64,000 nucleotides of DNA from Candidatus Multivoradales bacterium (GTDB taxonomy: Bacteria > Acidobacteriota > Thermoanaerobaculia > Multivoradales > JAHEKO01): the NCBI GenBank assembly GCA_965248055.1, contig CBDFIJ010000004.1, positions 1,280,001 through 1,344,000 on the forward strand, written 5' to 3'. The notes under the pieces were generated by a model that saw nothing but the letters and a program-made list of their open reading frames with translations, was not told the DNA's origin and made no database searches. Positions 19,272 to 28,218 of the stretch are shown here, one piece after another. The translations under genes were made by a program, and so were the position numbers. Every line of letters begins with the position of its first letter. The first letter of the stretch is position 1.

Positions 19272-20095
19272 TCACTTCTCCACCACACCGAACAACAGTG
19301 CATGATCCGAGTGCTTGTCGATCCACGCACGCTTTTGAGTCTTCGTATTCTTCTCTGGCCATCCACTCACTTCGACTTCGGCTCCTCCGGCTAAGCTCCG
19401 AATCTTCATCGCTTTGTCGGCAAACACATGGTCAAGCGTGCTTCCCGGAAAATAGTTGTCGCCCCCGTTCCACCAGGTCAAGTCCTGGCTTCGCTGCAGT
19501 GGGCGCATGTTGACTCGATTGAACCTCTTGATAAGTGAATCGATCTCTTCGTTACATGAAAGATCGCTCGTGTTGTTGAACGCCGCATTCAACCCCATAG
19601 TGTTGAGATCCCCTAAGCACAGGAAAAGAGACGTTTCGTTTGGCCCAGCAATCTTGTCGAGTACGCGCTTCAACTTCGCTACATGAGCGAACATGTCGTC
19701 TCGGAGTCCCCACGATCTTGGGTCCGGAAGTGACTTCTCCTTGGAGAAAGAGGATGGGGTAGTCCTTGCTGTCGATCCGCAATGTCGCAAGTGCCCCAGG
19801 TCGCAACGTTGGCACCTTGCTCTTGAACTCTTCGCGCTGGGTGACAAACGACTGGATACTTCTCCGGACACCAACCAGAATCTCCATTCCGCTCTTGGGG
19901 TTTTCGGTGATGGTGAACGCGTGCGAACTCATCTTGGTCATGAGCGTGATTGAACACGCTCTTACCCAAAACCTCGTAGAGCGCAAAGACGTCCGGATTC
20001 TTTGCCTCCAGCACATCAACGATGCATTGCACCCGAGTCGGATCGCAATGGAAGTGCTAAACATTCCAGGACGCAAATGAAAAAAGTTTGACCAT
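19272..20095 (-). pseudogene. Endonuclease/exonuclease/phosphatase-family gene, disrupted
   Basis: MVKLFSFASWNV*HF (nonsense codon), NPDVFALYEV, two frameshifts, LGDLN, LDHVF, SDH spread over three frames. Confidence 0.8.
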
Positions 20096-20509
20096 TCCGT
20101 TCACCTTGACAAACACAAATGCGGCCCGTCTACAAGACCACCCCGCTGCTGGACCTCGGAGCACCCCGACCTCAAGGTCCGTGTTCGGCTGACTGCCCCT
20201 TATATCAAGGAATATGGCGTTTGTCAGCGTCGACGATCACATCGCAGTTCATTCTCTAGCCAATCCACCGGTGGGTGCCGGTGGGTGCCATGCGGGTATT
20301 GAGAACTCTTTGGAGAACAGATCGAAGCATCAATATCCGGATAGATTGGCCAGAAGCTAGCCATCCTTCGTTCCGTTTTAGTATTTCGTAGGCTCGACCT
20401 GCCCGCACACCAAGAAATTCCAACCCAAGCTTCCCCAGTACACACTCCAGCCATTGCGTCCGCCAAAGGAAGCCGATTTGTGGTCTCGTGATAAATGCTG
20501 TCGAGCCGC

Positions 20510-21421
20510 CTACGCGATAAACAGGCTAACAAACGGCCTGGGTGGTGGAAAAGATCCCGAGGGAAAAGCCGCGGTGAGGTTGCCATATCTCAGTTGTTCT
20601 GAAGCGTCGCGATATGCACTCAGGAAGTAATCGTAGGCTCGGTAAAGAGCGCGCCGCATCTTGCGGGTGGCGCAGTGAAACATCGGTGCTGGAGACCTCT
20701 TGAGGCGAGGCGGGCAGTAGGTTGCTGACAAGTCAGGCAATTCGCCCTCCAAGGACTCTGCCTTTGAACTCGAGCCTTCTGCGACCACTAGGTCGATGAG
20801 TTCGCGAACCCGTTGTACTTGCTCTTTGGGCGACCGGTGAGCCCAACAAGGAAGAGAACTGAGGTGGACCCTCTCCTGCGTGAACACCGCTGGGCTGTGG
20901 CCGCGTCGCACTCTCTCCCAGTATTCGTGGGTACGTTTGCGCCATCGTCCTGTGAGCGTACGTCTGCCCTCAGCCAGGGCATTTGCCGAGTGAACACCCG
21001 ACCACTCTCTTGGGTCAGTAACCAGCCCTTCTTTAACTCCCTGCGACAGCAGATACTTCATTCGCCCCTCTTGCGCTGCCTCTTCCTCGCTGACCACAAT
21101 CGCCTGATAGCGCCGACCCCAGAACTTCTCCCGCCAACCGTGCATACGCCCAAGTTCTCGGGCGATATTGCTGTTGAGGTAACCAACAAACTGCGCCATT
21201 CGCTGAGCGTCGGGCACGGAAATGAGCATGTGGTAGTGGTTGGACATGAAGGCGAAGGCGTGAATCTCCACCGGGTAGAGCCGCTGTGCCCTGCCCATGA
21301 CACCAAGAATCGCGTCGTTGGCTGCTGGTGAGGGCTTTAGAAGATATCGCCCCTGGAAAGTCCGTGTCGTGACTTCAACCAGAGTGTTTTCGGCGGGAAT
21401 GAAGCGAAGTCGTCGTCCCAT
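20510..21421 (-). mobile_element. Intact HUH Y1 transposase (IS200/IS605 superfamily, RAYT/TnpA-REP-like)
   Basis: [17 protein letters not shown] (HUH), FWGRRY, KYLLSQGVKEGLV (catalytic Tyr); probable ATG at 21421 (alternative GTG at 21451). Confidence 0.88.
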
Positions 21422-21448
21422 GAAACCAGAGACGTAAACCGACTCAAT

Positions 21449-21480
21449 CACCTTGCATTATTCGGGTGGAACTTATTTGG
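21449..21480 (-). repeat. Motif upstream of the intact transposase (reference copy)
   Basis: caccttgcattattcgggtggaacttatttgg; also at 14251, 16360, 16473 and inverted at 13411. Confidence 0.85.
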
Positions 21481-21618
21481 GCCCTCGGATCTAGGACAAA
21501 AGCTTGACCTAATTCAAGGCTAGCTCTAGTATCCAGGCAAAGCTTTAGCATTCCGAGCGTGAAATCGACGGCTATGTGGCTGTGGGTAGCACTTTTGGAG
21601 AAAAAGGAGTGCTCGAAA

Positions 21619-23097
21619 ATGGAAAATAGATACGTTCCAAGGTTACTAATCTGCTCCATCCTGGCTGCAGTATCGCCAGCAACAACGCAGACCGCAAAGT
21701 GGTTCGAGGATCCAAAGCTCCTTCGAGAATTAGAAGCTGCCGCCGAGAACTGTGGTTCGGACCCAGCAGCGTCCAAAGATCTAAAGACCGCAGCGGAATT
21801 TCTCGAAGATGTTGCCAAAGACTACCGGGAGCAAAGGCTGTTCCAGGGCTCGGCTCAGGTCGCCTTGAGTTCCACTCGGCCGTCAGTCCGAGAATCTACA
21901 GATGACATTCGTAAGGATACTGACGGTGACGGTACCTCCGAAACAACGATTAATACACGGAGAGAAGGTCGGGAAACTATCAATACCAAGATAGAAATTG
22001 CGCGCGGACTCTATCCTGACCGGTTTGAGGCCTCATCAGCCATTGATGTTCGAGTGTCCGACGGAGACATCGTCGAAGACGTGAGCGATCTATCGGTCAG
22101 GTACGGTTTCCACACGAACCCGTGGCTTGAAGTTTTTGCTTCATTGAAGAGGACCAGCAACAACTTGATCAACATAGATCAGCGATACGAAGTTGGCGGT
22201 GGTATCACCCTAGTTTGGCATTCAAGACGTTTTACTTTGGACAAGGACGAACAAAGATGGAGATTGGAAAACCCCAAACCTCGGAAAAAATCTAAGAATC
22301 GGAGTTCAGACCCTAGAAGCCAGGAAGGACCTGAGAGCCGGAGTTATGTCGAGCACAAAGCGCTGTTTTTGAATCCAGATGTGAAGACAAAAAAAGGGGA
22401 AGAAGGTGGCTGGCGGGCGTTGCAACACATTGACCCCACCACATCACTAGAGACGTTCTTACCTCTCTTGCAGAAGTGTGCAATGAAAGCAGCAAATGAG
22501 AAAAGGAGCGGGCTCGAGCTGAGCCAAATCCGGCAGGAAGCGCACAAAGACTGGCAGAAACTTCAAGCAACAAAACGCCTACGGCACTCTAAACTCGGAC
22601 TGGGATTCATTCTTGCGTACAATTACGAGGCTGAGCAGGCAACGCTTAAGAGGACGACGACTCGAAAACTAGGAGAAAACACCTCAAGAACCCTATCAGA
22701 ATCTTATCCTGTTGACTTGTCTCACCCAAGCCTTGTAGTTGGTTGGTTCATCAAATGGAAGCCTTCTCCTCTTTGGGAATTCAATACGGAATGGCAACGC
22801 AAATATGGGCTTTTATTGGGCGGCGAGACATTTTTTCGAGAGACAGTAATTGTGGCTCGCAATGACAATTTTGAGCCGATCTTCGAAGAGGTTGCAAGCT
22901 ACCGAGATAATATTGAATTGCTCGGAACCCTGAAACTTGCGGACTCGGTAGTTGGTCATGTTGGCAGTGTGAAGTTAGGGCTCACTGTCAAGTTTGATCT
23001 CGACAACGCACCGCCGACTTGGAGGCTTGGCCAAGACGGTATCAGTGCGCCGGATGCGCATTACAACGTAGATCTTAATTTGATCGTCGAATGGTAG
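21619..23097 (+). CDS. Secreted, probable outer-membrane beta-barrel protein (DUF481-like)
   Basis: AAGGAG RBS, signal peptide, IDQRYEVGGG, alternating beta-strands, C-terminal LNLIVEW. Confidence 0.55.
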   Translation: MENRYVPRLLICSILAAVSPATTQTAKWFEDPKLLRELEAAAENCGSDPAASKDLKTAAEFLEDVAKDYREQRLFQGSAQVALSSTRPSVRESTDDIRKDTDGDGTSETTINTRREGRETINTKIEIARGLYPDRFEASSAIDVRVSDGDIVEDVSDLSVRYGFHTNPWLEVFASLKRTSNNLINIDQRYEVGGGITLVWHSRRFTLDKDEQRWRLENPKPRKKSKNRSSDPRSQEGPESRSYVEHKALFLNPDVKTKKGEEGGWRALQHIDPTTSLETFLPLLQKCAMKAANEKRSGLELSQIRQEAHKDWQKLQATKRLRHSKLGLGFILAYNYEAEQATLKRTTTRKLGENTSRTLSESYPVDLSHPSLVVGWFIKWKPSPLWEFNTEWQRKYGLLLGGETFFRETVIVARNDNFEPIFEEVASYRDNIELLGTLKLADSVVGHVGSVKLGLTVKFDLDNAPPTWRLGQDGISAPDAHYNVDLNLIVEW

Positions 23098-23347
23098 GCC
23101 TGACTCTCGCAGAGGTGAACTCGGGTTTCGAACAGGTCGCAAAACACTGAGTCCAAACGGACAATCAGGTGGCCGAACTGTCGAACATGAACCCATCAAC
23201 TAGCGCTCGTTCGGTCCCCGAGAAGTGCTCCATGCATGAGGTTTCTGCTGACTACCTGTGAGACTCGACTAAACAGGTCCCAGCCCCGGAGTGGAAAGCA
23301 ACTAGCTTGCTATCAATTCAACCCATCGATGTGATAGCATCTGATGT

Positions 23348-23590
23348 ATGCGCACCACTCTCAACCTCGCCGAAGACATCCTCCTAGCAGTCAAAGAGCG
23401 CGCCCGACGCCAGGGCCAAAGTGCAGGGAAGGTTCTCTCTGATCTTGCTCGGGAGGCGCTAACCCGTGATCAGGTCGCCGACGAAGTCGCTGAAGATGGT
23501 GCTTTTTACGGCTTCGAGCCGCTACCGCGCCGTGGACTGGCCATCTCCAACGACTTAATCGACCAGCTACGCGAAAATGACCCTGACTGA
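23348..23590 (+). CDS. vapB: VapB/CopG-type antitoxin, copy 2
   Basis: MRTTLNLAEDILLAVKERARRQG..AG.V.S.LAR.AL; directly upstream of a PIN toxin. Confidence 0.88.
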   Translation: MRTTLNLAEDILLAVKERARRQGQSAGKVLSDLAREALTRDQVADEVAEDGAFYGFEPLPRRGLAISNDLIDQLRENDPD

Positions 23591-24015
23591 TGCGCGCACT
23601 GCTCGACGTCAATGTACTTCTCGCCCTGCTGGATGCCGACCACGTCGACCATCGGGGCGCTCGCTCGTGGCTCAAGCGCGACATCGCTCTCGGTTGGGCG
23701 TCGTGCGCGATCACCCAAAACGGCTTCGTTCGTGTCGTGACTCAAGAGCGCTACCCCAGCCCAGTTTCGACCAAGGAAGCTACTCACAGGCTGCGGCGGG
23801 CGACTGACACAGAACATCACCAGTTCTTGCCCTCGGATATCAGTATTCTCGATGAGGTTGTTCGCGCCAATCGAATCCACGGATCAAGACAGGTCACCGA
23901 TGTCTACTTGCTAGCTCTGGCAGTCGAGCATGGTTGCCGTTTTGTGACCTTTGATCGATCGGTCCCACTCTCCGCCGTCGTGGGCGCCAAAGCGAAACAC
24001 CTGGTGACTCTCTAA
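23590..24015 (+). CDS. vapC: PIN-domain VapC toxin, copy 2
   Basis: Same motifs as copy 1; 18 differences over 141 aa by manual count. Confidence 0.9.
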   Translation: MRALLDVNVLLALLDADHVDHRGARSWLKRDIALGWASCAITQNGFVRVVTQERYPSPVSTKEATHRLRRATDTEHHQFLPSDISILDEVVRANRIHGSRQVTDVYLLALAVEHGCRFVTFDRSVPLSAVVGAKAKHLVTL

Positions 24016-24114
24016 AGCTCAGCCCGGTATAGCCGCGTTCTCCGAATAGACCGACACCAGATATGCCAGCCTCGGGGTCTCGCGACATTCAGCCGGTTCG
24101 ATTACGATTCCCCC

Positions 24115-25302
24115 ATGCCCCACTCCCCCAAGTTCGCCGCTGCTCTCGATGACGTAACAGGTTCGGTCTACACCACCCTCGCAAAAAAACTCGCCAGCCA
24201 CCAAGGTGAGGTGTATTCGTTCCACGTTGGGGACACTTGGATGGAGCCGGCAGAGGGGTGTCGGATGGAGGATTTGCGGGTCGCGGAGAACCCTGGGATG
24301 CATCGATATACCGCGCCGCAGGGGCATCCGGAGTTGTTGTCGACGGTGCGGGCGGAGTTGGGACGGCGGCATGGTTGGGACTTGGCGCCGGATCAGCTGC
24401 TGATCGCGGCGGGAGCGACGGGGGCGCTGGGGGCGGTGGCCGGGGCGATTCTGGATCCGGGGGATGAGGTGTTGTTGGCTGCACCGTACTGGCCACTGAT
24501 TGCTGGCATTGTGCGTTCGTTTCGCGGCGTGCCAGTCGATGTGCCGGTGTTTGTGCCGCAGCTTCACGGGGACGAGATCATCGCTGCCCTGGAGGCAGCC
24601 ACCACAGACAGGACGGTTGCGGTGTACTGGAACACCCCTAACAACCCGTCAGGCTGCGCACTGACGGCGGACGAGGTGGCGGCGATCAGTGCCTGGGCGC
24701 GCGAGCGCAATTTGTGGATCTTGGCTGACGAGGTGTACGAGGCCTACCAGTTTGGGGCTGCATTGTCTGGAACGCCAGTCAGACCAGCTTATGGTTTCGC
24801 GCCGGAGCGCACCTTCTCGACGCACTCATTTTCCAAGACCTTCGGCATGGCGGGCAATCGCTGTGGCTATGTGGTGGGTCCGGGTGAGGCGATCGAGGCC
24901 GCGCGCAAGATCAGCACCCATACTTTCTACTCGACGCCAACCGCCTCCCAGCTCGCTGCAATTCGCACCCTGACTCTGCCAGCGGCCACCGAGTGGGTAG
25001 CTTCGGCGCGAGCAAAGTATCAAGAGGTCGGAACGCGCTGTGCCCAGCTGTTGGGTGTACCAGCACCGCAGGGGTCGACCTTCTTGTTTCTGGATGTCGC
25101 AGACTGCTTGGACGCTGGAAATGGCAATAGCCTCGAGAGGCTCCTGGAAGACTTGGCCGACTTCGGCCTGTTTCTGGCTCCGGGCCCGAGTTTCGGTCCC
25201 TACCCCAATCATGTGCGGATGTGCTTCACCGCCACGCCTCCCGAAGTTACATTGCGTGGCGCAGAGATCTTGGCTCGGGAGCTGGCTGGACGTCGCAATT
25301 AG
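24115..25302 (+). CDS. PLP-dependent aminotransferase, class I/II
   Basis: NTPNNPSG, DEVYE, SFSKTFGMAGNRCG, VRMCF. Confidence 0.88.
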   Translation: MPHSPKFAAALDDVTGSVYTTLAKKLASHQGEVYSFHVGDTWMEPAEGCRMEDLRVAENPGMHRYTAPQGHPELLSTVRAELGRRHGWDLAPDQLLIAAGATGALGAVAGAILDPGDEVLLAAPYWPLIAGIVRSFRGVPVDVPVFVPQLHGDEIIAALEAATTDRTVAVYWNTPNNPSGCALTADEVAAISAWARERNLWILADEVYEAYQFGAALSGTPVRPAYGFAPERTFSTHSFSKTFGMAGNRCGYVVGPGEAIEAARKISTHTFYSTPTASQLAAIRTLTLPAATEWVASARAKYQEVGTRCAQLLGVPAPQGSTFLFLDVADCLDAGNGNSLERLLEDLADFGLFLAPGPSFGPYPNHVRMCFTATPPEVTLRGAEILARELAGRRN

Positions 25303-25311
25303 GCGCCGTCG

Positions 25312-26154
25312 CTAGGATTTGATGGTTCGTCGGTGGGAAGCAACCGGCATCGCTCGCCGCACTTCCGCAACTTTCTCAAGATCGATCTCTGCGACCGCCC
25401 AACCGACTCCTTCGGGTATCTCGGCAACCACGGTTCCCCAAGGGTCCAAAATCATCGAGTGGCCATGGCTCTCACGTAGTCCGTCGTCGTCATGGTGACC
25501 GGTTTGCGCCGCTGCTAGCAACCAGCATTGGGTCTCGATGGCTCGGGCTCGCAGCAGCGTTCTCCAATGGGCTTGCCCGGTGGGGGCGGTAAAGGCTGAA
25601 GGCACTACAATGATCTCAGCTCCCTGATCCACCAGCGTGCGATACAGCTCTCCGAACCGCAAGTCGTAGCAGATCGAGAGTCCCACCACTCCGGTGTTGG
25701 TCTCGCAGATCACCGCCCGATTCCCCGGCGCTACGGTGTCTGACTCGACAAACCGTACTCGGGTATTCGCAGTGGCATTCGCAGTGGCATTCAGGTCGAC
25801 ATCGAACAGATGGATCTTGCGATAGCTGGCTTGTATTTCTCCGTCCGGGCCGAACAGGACCGAGGTGTTGTAGCAGTGCTCGGAGTCGGGTCCAACTTCA
25901 TTGAACGAACCCAAGATCAAGGACACGCCCAGCTCGGCGGCCAATCCAGCGAACCGCTGGCAAGTGGGCCCGTCGAGCGGCTCGGCGGTGCGCACTTTCT
26001 CTGGATGGGGGCCCAAGAAGTTGGTGTTCTCTGGGGTAACGATGAATTGCGCACCCTCGCCAGCAGCTCCGCGGATGCATTTCTCAGCCGCTCGCCAGTT
26101 CTCCTCGACGTTGGAGGTCGAGTTCAACTGCACAATCCCTGCGGTAAATCGCAA
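25312..26154 (-). CDS. Carbon-nitrogen hydrolase (Nit1/deaminated glutathione amidase-like)
   Basis: TPEN, YRKIHLFDV, ICYDLRF, RARAIETQC, GHSMI.DPWG; start approximate. Confidence 0.88.
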   Translation of the reverse strand: MRFTAGIVQLNSTSNVEENWRAAEKCIRGAAGEGAQFIVTPENTNFLGPHPEKVRTAEPLDGPTCQRFAGLAAELGVSLILGSFNEVGPDSEHCYNTSVLFGPDGEIQASYRKIHLFDVDLNATANATANTRVRFVESDTVAPGNRAVICETNTGVVGLSICYDLRFGELYRTLVDQGAEIIVVPSAFTAPTGQAHWRTLLRARAIETQCWLLAAAQTGHHDDDGLRESHGHSMILDPWGTVVAEIPEGVGWAVAEIDLEKVAEVRRAMPVASHRRTIKS

Positions 26155-27326
26155 TGTTTCTCTCCTTGTCGCCGACGACGACGCCCATTCTTCCAACCGA
26201 GGATACACTGACCGCCGTGCTCGCCGACGCCTTACCTTCGACTGCCGAACGGCTGAAAATCGACCTGCAGTTGGGCCTCCACAGTGGAGGTCAATTGTCG
26301 ATCCGAAGTCCTAATCTCAACCGCGATTGCGCCTTCGGTGAAGCTCGTCCGAACGAGGAAATGAAGCTCGATCACCGTCTCTTGTGGCTGTCCGGGTCCA
26401 AGCCGTTGACCGCGGTGGCGATCGCTCAGTTGTGGGAGCAAGGGTTGCTCGATTTCAAGGATCTGGTGACCAGGCACATTCCCGAGTTTGGCGTCGGCGG
26501 CAAGGAGGCGATCACGATTCGCCACCTGTTGACCCATACGTCGGGGATTCGCATGATCGCCACCGGTTGGCCGGAGCTAAGTTGGGATGAAGTAATCGCC
26601 AAGATTTGCGCGCGACGCATCGAACCCCGCTGGATTCCGGGCGAGAAGGCTGGGTATCACCTGACTTCGAGTTGGTTCATTCTGGGCGAGATCATCCAAC
26701 GCTGCAGCGGCCTCAGCTTTTCTCACTACCTGCGCGACAAGGTACTGCAACCTGCCGGCATGGATGGCACCCTGTTGGGTATGGATCGGGAAATCTATCG
26801 GCGCGAGCAAGCCAGCTTTGCTCCGGTGTTGGACACCGAGCACGACGGCGACCCCCATCCATGGACCCAAAAGGCGTTCTTGGTGCAACCTTCGCCTGGT
26901 GCCAACGCGATCGGACCCGCCGCAGATCTGGCGCGGTTCTACTTGACCCTACTCAACGGCGGCCAAGGGTCGAACGGACAGATCTTGCAGCCACAGACCG
27001 TTCAACTGATCACCAGCCGCCATCGGCATAGTCTCTACGACCACACCTTCAAGGCAACGCTGGACTGGGGATTGGGATTCATCTTGAATCCATCCATCGA
27101 CCGGTCCACCGACCATCCAACATCGAACATTCCCTATGCCTATGGACCGGGTGCTTCAGCAGCGACTTTTGGCCACAGCGGATATCGCTCGGTGGTTGCG
27201 TTTGCCGACCCACAGGCGTCGCTAGCGGTTGCCTTGATTTGGAACGGCACTGCGGATGAAGCCGCTCACCGCAGGCGGGTGTATCAGACGCTGAAAGCGC
27301 TGTACAGTGATCTCAACAAGCAGTGA
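26154..27326 (+). CDS. Serine hydrolase (class C beta-lactamase family); true start probably ~50 nt downstream
   Basis: SGSK, IRHLLTHTSG, GYH, FGHSG. Confidence 0.85.
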   Translation: MFLSLSPTTTPILPTEDTLTAVLADALPSTAERLKIDLQLGLHSGGQLSIRSPNLNRDCAFGEARPNEEMKLDHRLLWLSGSKPLTAVAIAQLWEQGLLDFKDLVTRHIPEFGVGGKEAITIRHLLTHTSGIRMIATGWPELSWDEVIAKICARRIEPRWIPGEKAGYHLTSSWFILGEIIQRCSGLSFSHYLRDKVLQPAGMDGTLLGMDREIYRREQASFAPVLDTEHDGDPHPWTQKAFLVQPSPGANAIGPAADLARFYLTLLNGGQGSNGQILQPQTVQLITSRHRHSLYDHTFKATLDWGLGFILNPSIDRSTDHPTSNIPYAYGPGASAATFGHSGYRSVVAFADPQASLAVALIWNGTADEAAHRRRVYQTLKALYSDLNKQ

Positions 27327-27386
27327 CCTCAATGAGCAGGGATCTTGACAAACAGTGACCTTGAATAGCCAGTGATCTCAGATCAC
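27305..27386 (+). repeat. Five degenerate 16-17 bp tandem repeats spanning the serine hydrolase stop codon
   Basis: cagtgatctcaacaag / cagtgacctcaatgag / cagggatcttgacaaa / cagtgaccttgaatagc / cagtgatctcagatcac. Confidence 0.7.
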
Positions 27387-27461
27387 TCGTTGTCTTGAAT
27401 AACTGAAGGGTGGTGGTCAGCGCTCGCTGGACGGTGGAGGTCGTTGTTCCAAGAGACCTAG

Positions 27462-27968
27462 CTAACGGTGGATCAGGATGTGGGTGAACCAATAGCTTCC
27501 ACCCTCTTTGGCAATTCCCACTCCCACCAACTCAAAGTCTGTTCCCAGGATCACATCTCGATGCGAGGGACTGGTCATCAACTGGCTATGGGCCGAGCCG
27601 ACCGGGTCTCCGGCTCCAGTAATGCGAGCGATGGTTTCGCCGGCGAAACGGAACGAAACTCCAGCGTCTCGCAGACGATCACCCAGGTCGCGTCCTTGAG
27701 GATCGATGTGGTCGAAAAACCCTTGGTCGCGCATCGCCTCGCTGTAGGCCCTGGCCACCGCCTGAATAGGATCTTCGTGGCCAACTTGGCTGACGCTAGC
27801 TCGGGAACGCTCCTCATTGACCAAAGATTCAGACCCGGCTTCGAGCACCGAGAGATTTATGATTCCTGGGGCGGTTGGGCTACTGCTCCCGCCGCAGTTG
27901 GCCGAGATCATGGCAACTGCAAGCGAAAGCAACAAAACGAGAGACCGGTGAGTTCCGTGTTTATTCAT
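27462..27968 (-). CDS. CAP/SCP-domain lipoprotein
   Basis: Leader ending SANC, VNEER, FFDH.DP.G, GETIA, SPSHR..IL, VGVG. Confidence 0.85.
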   Translation of the reverse strand: MNKHGTHRSLVLLLSLAVAMISANCGGSSSPTAPGIINLSVLEAGSESLVNEERSRASVSQVGHEDPIQAVARAYSEAMRDQGFFDHIDPQGRDLGDRLRDAGVSFRFAGETIARITGAGDPVGSAHSQLMTSPSHRDVILGTDFELVGVGIAKEGGSYWFTHILIHR

Positions 27969-28218
27969 CGACGCAATCTAGCCCGCCGGATAGCTCCAAG
28001 AGAACGTCTGCTGTCACATGACCGGCGTCACACGTTGCTCGATATCTAGCAGCTTTCGATATCCGGTTGAGGGATGGGTCGAGATTCTTCCTGCCGGGTC
28101 CGGCCTAATGGCCAACTCGATCGGCCGTTTGATGGGTCAACTTGAAGAGCCATGCTGGTTGCTCAGCCGGGCGCTGGCTATCCAGCGAGGCATCGGGCCT
28201 CCCTCCCAAGCCGTCCCA

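Noticed and set aside
20224-20586. 120-aa ORF downstream of the transposase
   Set aside because: It overlaps the transposase end and has no recognisable motif or RBS; probably a remnant or spurious.
14251-21480. Repeated ~28-bp motif as a CRISPR array or integron attC sites
   Set aside because: Spacing is irregular (0.1-5 kb), there is no cas or tyrosine integrase gene, and no RYYYAAC/GTTRRRY structure; copies are tied to transposase sequence.
27305-27386. Mini-CRISPR
   Set aside because: Units are contiguous with no spacers and are too short.
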